DNA from: Marsupella aquatica
Taxonomy: Eukaryota > Plantae > Marchantiophyta
DNA: 64,000 bases
Reading direction: 5' to 3'
NCBI GenBank assembly: GCA_973895155.1
Contig: OZ316891.1
Span: forward strand, 13,299,037-13,363,036
Translations under genes and position numbers: made by a program
In this document: piece after piece, positions 26,781 to 38,413 of the stretch
Numbering within the stretch: the first letter of the stretch is position 1
Layout: each line of letters opens with the position of its first letter
The notes under the pieces: model-generated
Database searches by the model: none
What the model saw: only the letters and a program-made list of their open reading frames with translations
What the model was told of the DNA's origin: nothing

Positions 26781-27340
26781 GATTCAATCAATCTTGGGTG
26801 GTGAGCAGGAGTTCGGGTTCTCATTCGACTACAGAAGTTCTGGGGAGGCTAGGATCCAAGTAAGCTCCACATTGTTGTAGAGGACAACAGGGCCTTTAGC
26901 TTTAGGGTTGACTGTGCCATGGGTCGTAGATATGAGTCTGCACCAAAGGTTTTGCCCTGTTCAATTTCGAAGCCAATTTTTCAGGGTGTGAATGCCTTCT
27001 TAGTTCCAAATGAATTTTCAAGAGCCCGTTTTGAAGTTTTCCATAGAAAGCTAATTGAACGTCATGGTCAGCTTTGCACTGTTGCTTCCAGCAACACCAC
27101 TCACACTGTTGCTGGTTCTTGGAGAGCAGTCATGTCCAAGTGGACATGGTCTGGTGTTAATTCCCTCATTCAAGAGCAGGCATTGAAAGTCAAGACATCT
27201 CATTTGAATGGATGTGCGAATCCCTCAAAGGAGGAGCCCTATTGGAAGAAGGCCCTTTCAACTTAATGTTGACTAAGGTAGAGTCTGAGGTAGACTGCGC
27301 TAAGAGAAAAGTAGAAAAGATGAAACAAGATAAGGCAGGT
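26781..27340 (+). pseudogene. Transposon-borne ORF remnant containing a Pol lambda-type BRCT domain
   Basis: IFQGVNAFLVPNEFSRARFEVFHRKLIERHGQLC...TTHTVA (from 26976), then after a frameshift near 27190 ISFEWMCESLKGGALLEEGPFNL, giving the BRCT TH and terminal WxxxSL motifs; in-frame stops upstream at 26802 and 26850. Confidence 0.7.
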
Positions 27341-27687
27341 GCAGTTTGGAGAAGTGTAAACTTGATCATGCCAAAACGTAAATGTGTTTAGCTTACTATA
27401 AATGTAACCATTCTCAGTTTTGGAGCAATTTAATAAAGCGTTGCTTGTCTACTGCAATTCTTTGCAGATTTGCTATTTGGTTCTTGGAGCAGTGTGTAGT
27501 TCCTTTGGTGTGTGTAGGTTTTAAAAATTAGTTGCTTTTTCTTGCAGGGACATTCTAGCGCAAGGCAGAAAGTGGGGAAGTTTAGGGTCCGAGCAAAGGT
27601 CGGCCCTTGTACCCTGTTTGTTGTCGCCTTGTCATTTTGTTGGAGTGAGCACAATCTCAGTCTAGGCGCACTGAAGATGGTTGTGAC

Positions 27688-27922
27688 CTCGGGGGGGTCA
27701 CTTCCATGGAAGTGGCATATCATGTGCGACGAAGTATAGGGCCATTTAAATGGTTTTGGTGGAAGACTTATTAATTCTTCTATGGAAATATAGGGTTATT
27801 TAATTGCAAAATGCATACGTGTCATCACATGATTGGTGCCGTACAACTTTCTAGAAAGTGACTTAGGGGGGTCATAAATGACCCAAACCGTCGCACGTGA
27901 TGTATGACCCTTCATATAGTGA
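27688..27922 (+). mobile_element. MITE of the same family, right end truncated
   Basis: CTCGGGGGGGTCACTTCCATGGAAGTGGC...CATATAGTGA; near-identical to 34146-34386 but lacking the terminal CCCTCCCGAG and TSD. Confidence 0.85.
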
Positions 27923-28501
27923 ACATGCAGTGCATTGTCTGAGTACCATCAACAGAAGGGTGAGCGGTTCTATGTGAAGATGATTCACAATGGGGTCGTG
28001 CCTGCAAACTGTGCTGTGACCTGGGGCTATCCAAGTCTGCCTCACCACCATTACAGGAGGCTGAATACATCCCCACTAGTCCCAAACAGTATCCGTCTAG
28101 TTAAACAGACACTTGGGGTGTTGGATGAGGACTGTGTCTTCCTGGAGGCTTGTCTCCATTGTCACACCCAGACATGTGATCGTTGTAGGGGAGGTCACTC
28201 AAACATAGTGCAGACTTTTGCACAGTACATGGCAAGAATGGCATGAGGCGGTTGCCTAGCATGGAATACTTGTCATTTCATCAATGATTGTGTCTGTGGT
28301 GGGACACGTCCAGGTTCTGCCCGTGATGATGATGCACATTCAAGTTGCTGACTTCTAATCTGCATTCCTCATATTACAGGATGGATCAAAGGAGCCCACA
28401 GGGAAGTGATGCCTCTGGTGGAGGCTACTGGCTATGATTGCTGGTGGACTGTTGCTCCTTCTGGTACATCACATGCCTGTCCCTAATTTTTTAAGGTAAT
28501 T

Positions 28502-29149
28502 TTGCAGATCTTGTTCAGCATGGCACACATAGCTCGTCAGTTGTTGGATCCAAGATTTGGGCATAGGGAGCACCTTTGTATGGATCCCCCTTGTTGTTTT
28601 GAATGTGACGAGGGAGGAACTGTTTTATTCTGTGATGGCCCTTGTGGTCGCCATTTTCATTATGTAGTTGATGGCCACAACCCTGATGAAGAAGATGGCC
28701 ATGGACCTACATGTCAGGGCATTGTCATTTCCAGAGGTCATGATTGGGCTGCAGCTTGGCTCTGTGACCTCTGTCAGCAAAACAGAGGAAGATGTTTTGG
28801 TTGTGGGCTCCTTGGCAGAACCTTGAGACTCAGCACAGACGAGCCCCTTGTGGTCCAGTGTTCTCATGATGATTGCTACTCATTTTACCATGTGGGTTGC
28901 CTCTGGACACTTCTGCGATCGGGGGAAATGCCATTCACCCGCCATCCAGATAACCCTGATGCACATCCCGATGCTTTTATATGCCCACGACATTACTGTG
29001 AGGTCTGTAAGGAGTATTGGGAGGGCATTTGGGACTTTGTCCAATGTCGTAGATGCCCTCGTGCATGGTGTCGTGATCAAGGACCAACAGCAGACAGGCA
29101 CTTGAGGAGAGGGGCCGAGACACCTGGGACATTGGACAGTGGCGCATGA
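28502..29149 (+). CDS. EDM2/NSD-type tandem PHD-finger ORF carried by the transposon
   Basis: CFECDEGGTVLFCDGPCGRHFH...TC...WLCDLCQQNRGRCFGCGLLG...VVQCSHDDCYSFYHVGC...FICPRHYCEVC...FVQCRRCPRAW; same Cys/His spacing as the EDM2 PHD module; true start and splicing unresolved. Confidence 0.8.
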   Translation: MQILFSMAHIARQLLDPRFGHREHLCMDPPCCFECDEGGTVLFCDGPCGRHFHYVVDGHNPDEEDGHGPTCQGIVISRGHDWAAAWLCDLCQQNRGRCFGCGLLGRTLRLSTDEPLVVQCSHDDCYSFYHVGCLWTLLRSGEMPFTRHPDNPDAHPDAFICPRHYCEVCKEYWEGIWDFVQCRRCPRAWCRDQGPTADRHLRRGAETPGTLDSGA

Positions 29150-29294
29150 TTTACTATAATTTCCATGTCATTCCAGAGGGTTCTGATATCCTTAGTACCC
29201 ATGACTAGACACATCATGACTGCTACAAATTCCACCATCTTACAAACTTCAACCTTTTTTGTAGTGGACCCATAAGACAACCTAAATTATATGA

Positions 29295-29395
29295 ACTTAA
29301 GTATTTGGTTGAATGCTATGGACTTAAGTATTTGGTTGAATGCTATGGACTTAAGTATTTTGATGAATGAAAGGGACCTAAGTATTTGGTTGAAC
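29295..29395. repeat. ~27-bp tandem repeat x4 between PHD ORF and transposase
   Basis: (g/a)acttaagtatttggttgaatgctatg units. Confidence 0.75.
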
Positions 29396-29566
29396 AAAAT
29401 GGAATTTTGATGAATTGAAATGGACTACAATAGATTGAGTGTTCAGATGACATTGTGAATGGTTGACTTGAGTCCTGATCTTTTTCCATGTCTGTCCATT
29501 GTTGTATGACAGGTTCATCTACCTAATCCATCTCCCTTACTTTCACAGCCTGTATAACTATCCATC

Positions 29567-32500
29567 ATGGCACACCTAGGCATGAGCTCTGTCAGATTGG
29601 TAGAAAAGGGTGAGGAGGGAGGAAAGCCTGATACGCCAATCTGTGTCATGTCCTTCAAAGAAGGGCAGACTCTGGCAGATTTTTGTCTCAAATGTGTTGG
29701 TGCAGTAGAGTTTGACTTTGATTTTTGGGATGAGAGGTTGCCTGGTCGAGTCCGGCGCTTTTCAGAGAAGACTGTTGGGTGACTGAACTTCAAGGGACAA
29801 TTTACGTGATTGCAGAATTACCCTCAGTTGCCTTGCCTGCGGAGAGGGTCACTATTGGTTCCTCTCATTCATCTGCTGCCATTGTGTCCAATGTGGTAGG
29901 CACGACTCCATTGTCTCAAGGACAAACACAAGGGGTGCTAGTACAGGCTACTGTACAGCCTGTCACAGGCTCCTTTGAGTCTCACCTCATGTCTGAGGCT
30001 GCATCAAAGGCATGGAATGATGAGTGGTTGAAGCTACGATCCTGGGTACGTAAACTAGAAGGGCTTTGGTGAGCACAAGTGGAAAGTGCGGACGTGGGAT
30101 GAGGGAGGGGAGTGTCGAGGTCATCTAGAATGCTTAGAGTGTAGGGAGACTTATGGGAATGCAGCCACTTCACAGGTGCTCAAGTCCATCGCAAATTGCT
30201 TTAGCAACTTCAAGACAAAGCACCTGACCAACCCTAAACACAAGGAGAACTGGTGTAAGCGAAGGGGTTTAGCTGGAGCTTTGGTGACGGCTGCTGACAC
30301 TATACAACAACCACTGTTTGATCATAGTATGCAAATAGGGGCTGGTGTGGAAATTGTGGGAAAGTTGAATGCAAAGGTAGGTGGGGTGGTAGAAGTGTTC
30401 TCTATCACACCATCTCCCACTGATCCAACATTTGCACAGAGGTCATTCATGTTTAAGGTGAGATGTACAGACTGTGGCAAGCTACATACTGACATGTGCC
30501 CTAAGAAATCCAATTTGGAACACAATTTAAGGCAACACCTTGTCAGTCGAGATCATATGGATGCACTTGAGAACGTCGTCACCAGTACCCAGGCTGCATA
30601 GTTGAGGGCAGGGAAGAAGGGGAGACCAAGGAAGCCTGATGCTTGTGATCTGTTTCCATCTCAAAATTCTATTCTGAATTTCTTTAGAGAGGACAACTTT
30701 GCTGCAGGGAGCAATTCAGGTAGAGGTGGGTTGTATTCCTCTGTTGAGCCAAGTTTAAGTTTGCTTTGTTGGGGCCTGTGGGAGTCAGAGGTCAAGTGGA
30801 CAGGGGATTCTATGGCTGTGAAGGGCATACTTGATGATCAAGAGGGAGGAAATGTCTAGGACTGTGACCGTACCACCTGTGCTGAGGTTTTCAATGTAAC
30901 TAGCCAGTCAGTTGTTGGTATACAAGGTTGTTTTAGGCACAAGCAATGTCACAGGGTGTCCATTAATGGAGGTGGTTTTGAAAACCTCACTTGCACTCTA
31001 TGTGATTCTATAAAACGTGAAGATGATTTTTGTGGCAAGGTGCACAGGGAAGCGGAAGCATTAGTGCAGAGAGGAGACAGGACTACACAGGGTGGGATGA
31101 GGTTGGCATACTTGACCAAAACTGAACTGAGGGAACATGTTGGTAACCTCAACACTCGCTTTAGGAAACAACGTTGGCTGTTAGCACAACAGGCTCAGAA
31201 AATTTGTGCCTTGAGTGTTAGGCGAAAGAAGCTAGAAGATTTATTAGGAGTAGCCCATGATAGGAAAGATTTAAGACTATTTCTGAGAAACATTGTGAAT
31301 GGACATAGGCGTGGTGCTTTTGGGGGCAAGGAAGGGTTGTGGGATTTCTTGACAGATGTAGCTAAGAACTTGCAGAGAGTTGCTAAGGGTTATCGATACA
31401 ATAAGAGAACCAAGGCCTTTTCCCAAGCCATGTTCCAGTTTGGAGGTAGACAAGTGGCTCATTGTTTCCAGGCAAACCTAGGTGATCCAGGTCTGATTGA
31501 AGACCTTAAAACTTGATAGAGCAAAACTACCACCCTTTAGAGCTGGCATTCGAAAAGAGATATTCCAGGAGGTGTGCAGAGTACTATGTGCATCAAAGCA
31601 GTCACTTGGAATTTTAGGAGATGTACCAGTAATGTTTGATGAGGATGAAACAAGGATAAAAGAGAGACCCAGGTTTGTGTTTTTGTCTTTGTAGTAAATT
31701 AGCTTGTTCTTTTCAATGTGTTGGATGAGTTTGCACGTCATGAGCTGATGTTTGTATTGTATTGTGTGTGACAGATGGGAAGCTAAATATGACACCCTCA
31801 TTGGTTTCTGTGGCCCCTTAGAGGAGCACACATATTCTTTTGGCTTGGAAGTATTGGTTGGAGCAGGTACTCAAGGGTATGACACTTGAGATTGTAAGTA
31901 CTTCAAGAGCAGTATGCCAAAGGCATGTATGCTAGAGTAATCATTGTCAATCCTCTGCATGCAAAGATGCCTAAATTGGCATTGTGTGTTCTACCAACAT
32001 GTAACAAGTTTAGAGCTCCCTGGGTAAGAGAGCATTGGGTGCAGCTGAAGTCCATGTGGGACACACATTGCAGAGACAGTGTTGGTCCTTTGTTGGGCCA
32101 TGCTAGTGATGGTGATGCTCGTCGTAGGAAATTGATGATGGAAGATTATACTGCTGTGAATGGTTCCTCTTCTAGGTACAGTGTAGGATGGGTTGGGTGG
32201 CAATACTCAGTGTCCATACTTCCGAATGGAGATCTATATGGTTTTGGAGACCAAGACCCACCTCACAATGGCAAGAAGGCAATTAACCCATTGGACCGAG
32301 TGTCTGGCACTATATTAGTTCTTGGTGATCAGCATGCATCTTTGTCATATGTCACATCTGTTTATATAACCATTATGCAATTCATGAGCATGGTTTGCAT
32401 TGGGATGATGTGAATAGGACAGATAGACAAAATTGGGCTGGCCCACAACGAATAGCTTCGAGGAGAGTGCAGGCCTGCCTGCATCATATGTATGAGCGAC

Positions 32501-34429
32501 GAGATTTTCGTCATGACAGAAGCTTTGGGACCATGATATACTTGGAGGTTTGTGTAGACTACATAGATATTTTCTTCTCTCTTAAGCATGACCTAAGAAC
32601 CCGTGTTGTCTTGGCATCAAAGGTATCTTGGTTCTTCCGATTGTGGAGGCTATGGTTGAGGTATGGTGATCATTCTGTGACAGGGAATGTTGGATCTATC
32701 ATAGAGAAGAACATGATTCTGTGCAGGCTTTCCATGATATCAACATGTCTTGTCATTTTGTAGTATTATTAATCTGTGCCTTTCGCGACAAGTTCCCATA
32801 TCTGCAAGTTCCATTTCACTTGCTGGGATCAAATTGTTGTGAGATATTTTTCAGCAAGGTAGGTGGCATGAGTGGCCATAAGAGAAATTATGACTTTGGA
32901 TCTCTACTGGACAGTGCAGTGGGACTGAATCAACTAGCTGGATTAGAGTATGGACCAGAGGGATTGAAGATACGTCGATCACATGATAAACAAGATCATG
33001 TTTGGGCAACTTTACATCCTCTGGATGAAGGAGAACAAGCTCCAAATTTATTTGATTACTCTGCAGTTCAAACTAATGAGCTGGTTGTTGATGCTCTAAA
33101 GGAAGGTTTGCAGGAAGCAAAGGATTTGTTGTGCAAGCTGAACATGTCACCAAGGAGTTCTTTTGCCAGCAGCGAAAAGATGATGGTGGGTTCATCCTTG
33201 GGAGGTGGAGGCAGAGACTTGGCCGGATACAAGTGTCATGAAAGAGGTTGTGTTATGTGATGATGCTGAAGACATAGTTGAGCATCGATCTACTGTAGGC
33301 CCTAGACTTGAGCCCCCAATTGGAGAGTTTCTAGAGTTTGAAGATCCTGAAGAAGATCTCAATCGGATTGATTCATGGGACACTCTGGATAGTCAGGATT
33401 GTATTGAGCCACTAACAGTTGATGATTGTTCGATTGAGGTGGACACTAACCCATTTTGTGAAATGGAGACACTAGGACATGAAGTAAGGCATGTCTTGGC
33501 TGGAGTTCAAGCAGACTTAACTGATGTGCAGACATCCCGGTCAGTAGTGTCTACTGTAACTTATGAGGGAAGGACTATCTACAAGTCCACTCTTGTGAGT
33601 CAATTGTGCTGCAATCCTTTCATGTCAAAGGATAGGCTAACTAGGATAGCCCAGAAGACCTATTACACTACTGGTAAGGAGAAGGAAAATGGTGACTCTA
33701 TGACTTGTTTGGTTGACATTGGTACTGATATAGCAGTTTTGTTTGAGTCTGCTGCAGAGGTTGGTCCTTCTACCAGATCATCCAAGTCAAAGAAGAGGAA
33801 GGGAATAGATAAAGGGTCTGTTGTTGACGCAACATCTGCAAAGTAAGGAATATTGGTTGGGTAGGATTGAGTTTATGATACAGAAGAATGGCTCCCATTG
33901 GGTCAGACGTCGGAAAGCAATAGATTTGTTTGACAGGCTTGTATCTACAGTTGGACAAAGTGGAAGTGTGTATCGCTTGCAGTGTAATTGGTACAAATCT
34001 ACTGGTAACAACAAAACTTTGTTCACTTATGATGCAACAAATGGACAATGGATTGATATTGAGATGGTAATTTCAAATGTGAACTTGACAATGAAGTCTG
34101 GGATAGTTGACAGAGTGTATGTACTAGATGCAAGTGACTTGCAGGCTCGGGGGGGTCACTTCCATGGAAGTGGCATATCATGTGCGACGAAGTATAGGGC
34201 CATTTAAATGGTTTTGGCGACTTATTAAGTCTTCTATGGAAATATAGGGTTGTTTAATTGCAAAATGCATACGTGTCATCATATGATTGGTGCCGTACAA
34301 CTTTATAGAAAGTGACTTAGGGGGGTCATAAATGACTTAAACCGTTGCACGTGATGTATGACCCTTCATATAGTGACCCTCCCGAGCTTGCAGGCTTTGA
34401 CTAAATACATTCAAAGTGTGAGTAAATAG
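29567..34429 (+). pseudogene. P-element/THAP9-like DDE transposase with N-terminal C2H2-type zinc fingers and AT-hook; multiple stops and frameshifts
   Basis: Chained ORF pieces: CLEC...KHLTNPKH and CTDC...QHLVSRDH fingers, KGRPRK AT-hook, YRYNKRTKAF (HTH-like), VMFDEDETRIK (~31635), intron 31673-31775, GHASDGDARRRKL (~32105), DQDPPHNGKKAINPL (DxxH, ~32255), LGSNCCEIFFSKVGG (~32840). Removing the MITE at 34146-34386 restores ...DLQALTKYIQSVSK* (stop 34427-34429). Confidence 0.8.
34146..34386 (+). mobile_element. 241-bp MITE of the same family inserted in the transposase 3' end
   Basis: TIRs CTCGGGGGGGTCACT / AGTGACCCTCCCGAG; exact 8-bp TSD CTTGCAGG (34138-34145, 34387-34394). Confidence 0.95.
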
Positions 34430-35753
34430 TGATATATAACTGACTATTGTTTATTACAAGTAGTTTGTTGTGTGTGTATGTGATGCATGTGTAGGGTTAG
34501 TGGGAGGGAGTAGAGTAGGGGATGGTGGATTGGCAAATTGAGATTTATGCTCAATCAGGGGTTCATTGGAAATGGGCATCAATTTGCACAATTGGCTCTA
34601 CACTATTGAGGTACTTTACTTTCCTTAATAGGCATTTTTTAAATCATCATAAAACTTTCCATAAAGTTTTATAGGGGTAAACAATTCAAAAAATGGTCGC
34701 TTTTCAGAAAGTAAGGGAGTGGGGGAACAAAAAATACACTTTAAAGTTAGGGGGTCTAGACCCTAAAACGTCGCGCGTGATGTAGAGCCCTACATACAGT
34801 GACCACCCCCCCCCCCCCCCCCCCCGCGGAGTATATGGTAAAACTATATCTAATTTTTACTTTTACTATATTTATGGTGTTTTGTATAAATTTAATCCCC
34901 TCCTCAAAAAAGGGGTGCATTATGGAGAATTAATGCAGTCAAAAATACAAAGAGAAAAGTCACGAAAGTCTTTACGGAGTCTTTATAACCCTGGCCTTCT
35001 CTCTAGTAGTGCATCTCAAACCTGAAGGGCTGCAAAAAATTCCCAGCCCCTAAAAATGAGTTTGACCTAAAAATGAGTTTGACAGTTCCTTTCCGATATC
35101 ACCTTCCCAGCTTATACCCAAACTTTCCTGTTTTATACTTTTGGATGGATGATCTGTTACAAACTAGCTGTCACCAGATAGCTAATATTGCTACTAACAA
35201 GGCCAAGGTAATGTATTTAGGTTCCTTAGGTACTACTAACCTTTGCCCTAGGCCTTTGCCCAGACGAGACATATATAATTGACATAATATATCACACTGC
35301 CAAAGAAGAAGATTGAAGGTTTAAACAGGGAGACATTGTCACAAAGGCAAGAGACCCAGTAAAGGGGATAAACAAGAGAACCAGTAAAGAGGAGAAAACA
35401 GGGGGAAACCCACTAAGACCAAAGAGGCTAAAATACGTTGAGTCCCGACAAGGTCAAGGTAAGGTATTTAGGTAGAAGGGGAAACCCACTAAGACCAAAG
35501 AGGCTGAAGACATTGAGTCCCCACCACAAGGCCAAGGTAATGTATTTAGGTTCCTTAGGTACTTGCAAAGGAGGACCAATTTACTAAAAAGAGTCCAACA
35601 AAGTATAATGGAGTAAATTAAAGCAATCTGAGAGATGGAGAGAGGAACAACGCCAAACTCAAAAGAAGAGGGCAGATCCAACCCCCAGCCAGCCAGAAAG
35701 GCTAAAAACTTAAAAGATAAAGATACACCACGAATGGTTTGAGGAGAGGGTTA

Positions 35754-36172
35754 GAGCTTCTTCACCAGGGCCATCAAATAGCCCTGTAAACTCCATTTAG
35801 GTATTGGCAATTTCACATATGCGGGCAGGACGTCCCACCGGCACCCTGCAACCCCTAAACTGATGGTGGCCCACCGAAAAGTTGCAGACGTCCCCCGGCA
35901 GACCCTGACGGCCAGATTCATACACGTTGGCGGTCAGAGAATGTGCCCCCGTTTTGACCCCCAGAAGGATCGACGGATTGAATGTGTACACTGGGCGCAA
36001 TCTGGCTGAAGCTTGAGTTCCCGCTTGGAGAGTTTCCCGCACTCTACTAACAATTTTGTGCAAATTTTACCGGGTCGAGGGGGGTCGAGGGCCAGCATCC
36101 TTCAGACCTGAATAAACGCGAGGCAAATTTTTGGGATAGGGGCCAGGAGTGCCTGAACGGGTGGAGATGCTC
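35754..36172. mobile_element. Tourist-like (PIF/Harbinger) MITE, ~419 bp
   Basis: Ends GAGCTTCTTCACC / GGTGGAGATGCTC, flanked by TTA and TAA (TWA-type site, one mismatch); same TIR class as 1268-1679. Confidence 0.65.
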
Positions 36173-38411
36173 TAATAGTACACACATCTAGTTCAACAGT
36201 GTGATCCATGGGCAATTTTATAGTTTCCCCAATATTCTAAAGTGCCCTCAGGGACCCATCCATTCACGTGACGGTACGCACGCTACACAGCAATGATAGA
36301 ACAAGCTTCACAAGTTCGCAATCTTTGGGTCGGCCGGCATTTCCTTTCGTAGGGTTGATCGATGCCCAACGGACGCAGGAAAAGCCTACCTTTGTTGCAT
36401 GAGAGATTGTACAAGCGATCGAGCTAGACATACCGTTCATGGACTTGAATGAAAGGTGTCGTAGACCATCACGCATGTAAACGACACGCAGCTGCAGGTA
36501 GATTGCAGCTGAGTTGTATTGAGGGCTCTATGCGGGCTAGAAACGGATTCATGGCCTGAACGATAGAGGCTAGGTGTACACGATGCTGTACAGTGAAGCA
36601 GCTAGTACTGTCTGGCGAGCGGTACAGGAGGTGAATAAATTGTGAATGCTTGCTGTAAGTGAAGGATTTGTGCGTTCCTCAGGTCGGCGGTGCTCGGCCG
36701 GTACAGGTGTATGAAGCATGGTTAGATCGAGCCTTTCGTCATTTTCTTTCTTGAATTCGTCGATATCACTTCAAGTTTGCTGTAGAACGCCTCGCGCGCG
36801 TTTCGACCAAAAGCGTGATACTTTGATTCAATGCAAGCTGAGAAAGTCGCATGTTCTCAGAATTGAAGGACTCAACTCGCAGTGCTGATCGATGCGACAA
36901 GATTATTTATGTAATTACAATACGGGACGACGTCGCACATCTCAGAAGCGTTCCGAGCAGCTGCTGATCATATTAATATTGTACTCTGCTTCTGTGGAAA
37001 GAGGTTCGATGAAAATTCGGAAAATCAAATTAATCTGATCGAAAGTCCAGTGAATGTACATGTTCTACCTACTGTAGCTTGGAGACCAAACGCCAAATTC
37101 GTTTCGAGTATGTCTATTTTCAAGGTCCGAGTTGCTGATAAGCTACTGTAGTCATTCATATATAAATGTTATATTTTTATACTTCACCAAAACCGATTGG
37201 GATTGCATTGGTTTTATTCTGTTGAACACAAACTCGGGAGCTCGATCATATATTGACGGAACTGAGAGATTTTACCTGAATTGAATACAATAGAGATCCC
37301 GGACTATATACTATACTATACCACCGAGTTTGCTCCAGTTCGCTGCTGTTTCAAAGTCACGACATTTTGTTCTGAAAGACATATAGGCCTTGGTGCCGCA
37401 CGCTCGTACAAGTGTACAGTCCAAGCAACAATCTTCCAGTCCATCATGACGGTACTCGACGCCCGGCAGCGCATTTATAAAGTCTTCACAACTTACTCAC
37501 CGCATGTACTGCCAGACAACGCTGTACTCGTAAGAGTAGTCCATTTTCTGCTTTGCAGGTCTCTTTCAATCCAAACCCGCCTCACCCTTTCCAATGGCTT
37601 GGGCAATAACTAGTATTACTAGTAGACCACTCCAAACAAGCAAAAGTACTTCCAGAAGAGAAGATGATGGCATTACTCATGCGGTCGATTGCTGCGCCAG
37701 TTAGCTGATTGTGACTGTGAAAGGGGAAGCGTGTAGTGACCGTTTGCCCTCTTTTATTCACGAAGGGCCCCCGATCTGGTCGGCACTGTCGATCTGCTCT
37801 TTTGTCGTTATAACTCGATCTTGAACTGACCTGTCTGAGATATTAACCTTGTCTACCATTTTGTCTTTTGAAATGTTTAATACACTGTCTAGAGAGCCAA
37901 ATATGTATTGATTTCTTGCACTTGAAGGGTCGTACATTTGCAGTTGTAAACCTATTTTTCTAATCACGAGGAGCATTACTACATATGGAAGGGGAATAAC
38001 AGATCTAAGGCTGTAAACCACGGGAGGGAACTACCCTAGGCCTTCCGGACTGTTAGTATGGAGGTAACAACAAGCAAGGGGCGTAATCCATGTGTTTAGG
38101 GAGACAGAGTCTTAAATAAATGACATGTGAAACATGGATAATGAGAACAAGTATGTTGTAAAACACTAGAAAGAATTGTGGATATTAATTAAGTAAGTAC
38201 TTACAGGTCCAGTGAAAGACCTTCAGAAATGTTTAAATTCTTATCATGATCTAATTTTCCAACCATTAAATACACTCAATTTAAGTACAGCAACAGCGGC
38301 GCAGTAATTGTTTTCCCAAAATGAATGTATGTCTGCATTTTCTACAGCTGGTCCAAGAAAAGACGCCTCGATCCGCCAGTCCCGCGCCCCTAAGCGAAAG
38401 CGACCTTTTGC

Positions 38412-38413
<2 letters not shown>

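Larger units (their letters stand above)
24382..34831 (+). mobile_element. 10.45-kb P-element-like DNA transposon (decayed autonomous copy) carrying BRCT and PHD cargo
   Basis: Left end CCCGGGGGGGTCACT...ACATCACGTGCAACG; right end CGTCGCGCGTGATGT...AGTGACCA(C)20GCGGAG; exact 8-bp flanking duplication TATATGGT (24374-24381, 34832-34839); internal DDE transposase remnant. Confidence 0.9.

Noticed and set aside
29567-34429. Assignment of the transposase to hAT or KDZ/Zisupton because of the 8-bp TSD
   Set aside because: No hAT CxxH / TRW / ERxFS pattern or KDZ YDxxC / FHxxxH motifs seen; DxxH and ExFFS..GG fit the P-like group better.
34806-34825. 20-nt poly-C run as a separate regulatory element
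   Set aside because: It is an expansion (or sequencing slippage) of the C tract within the right TIR.
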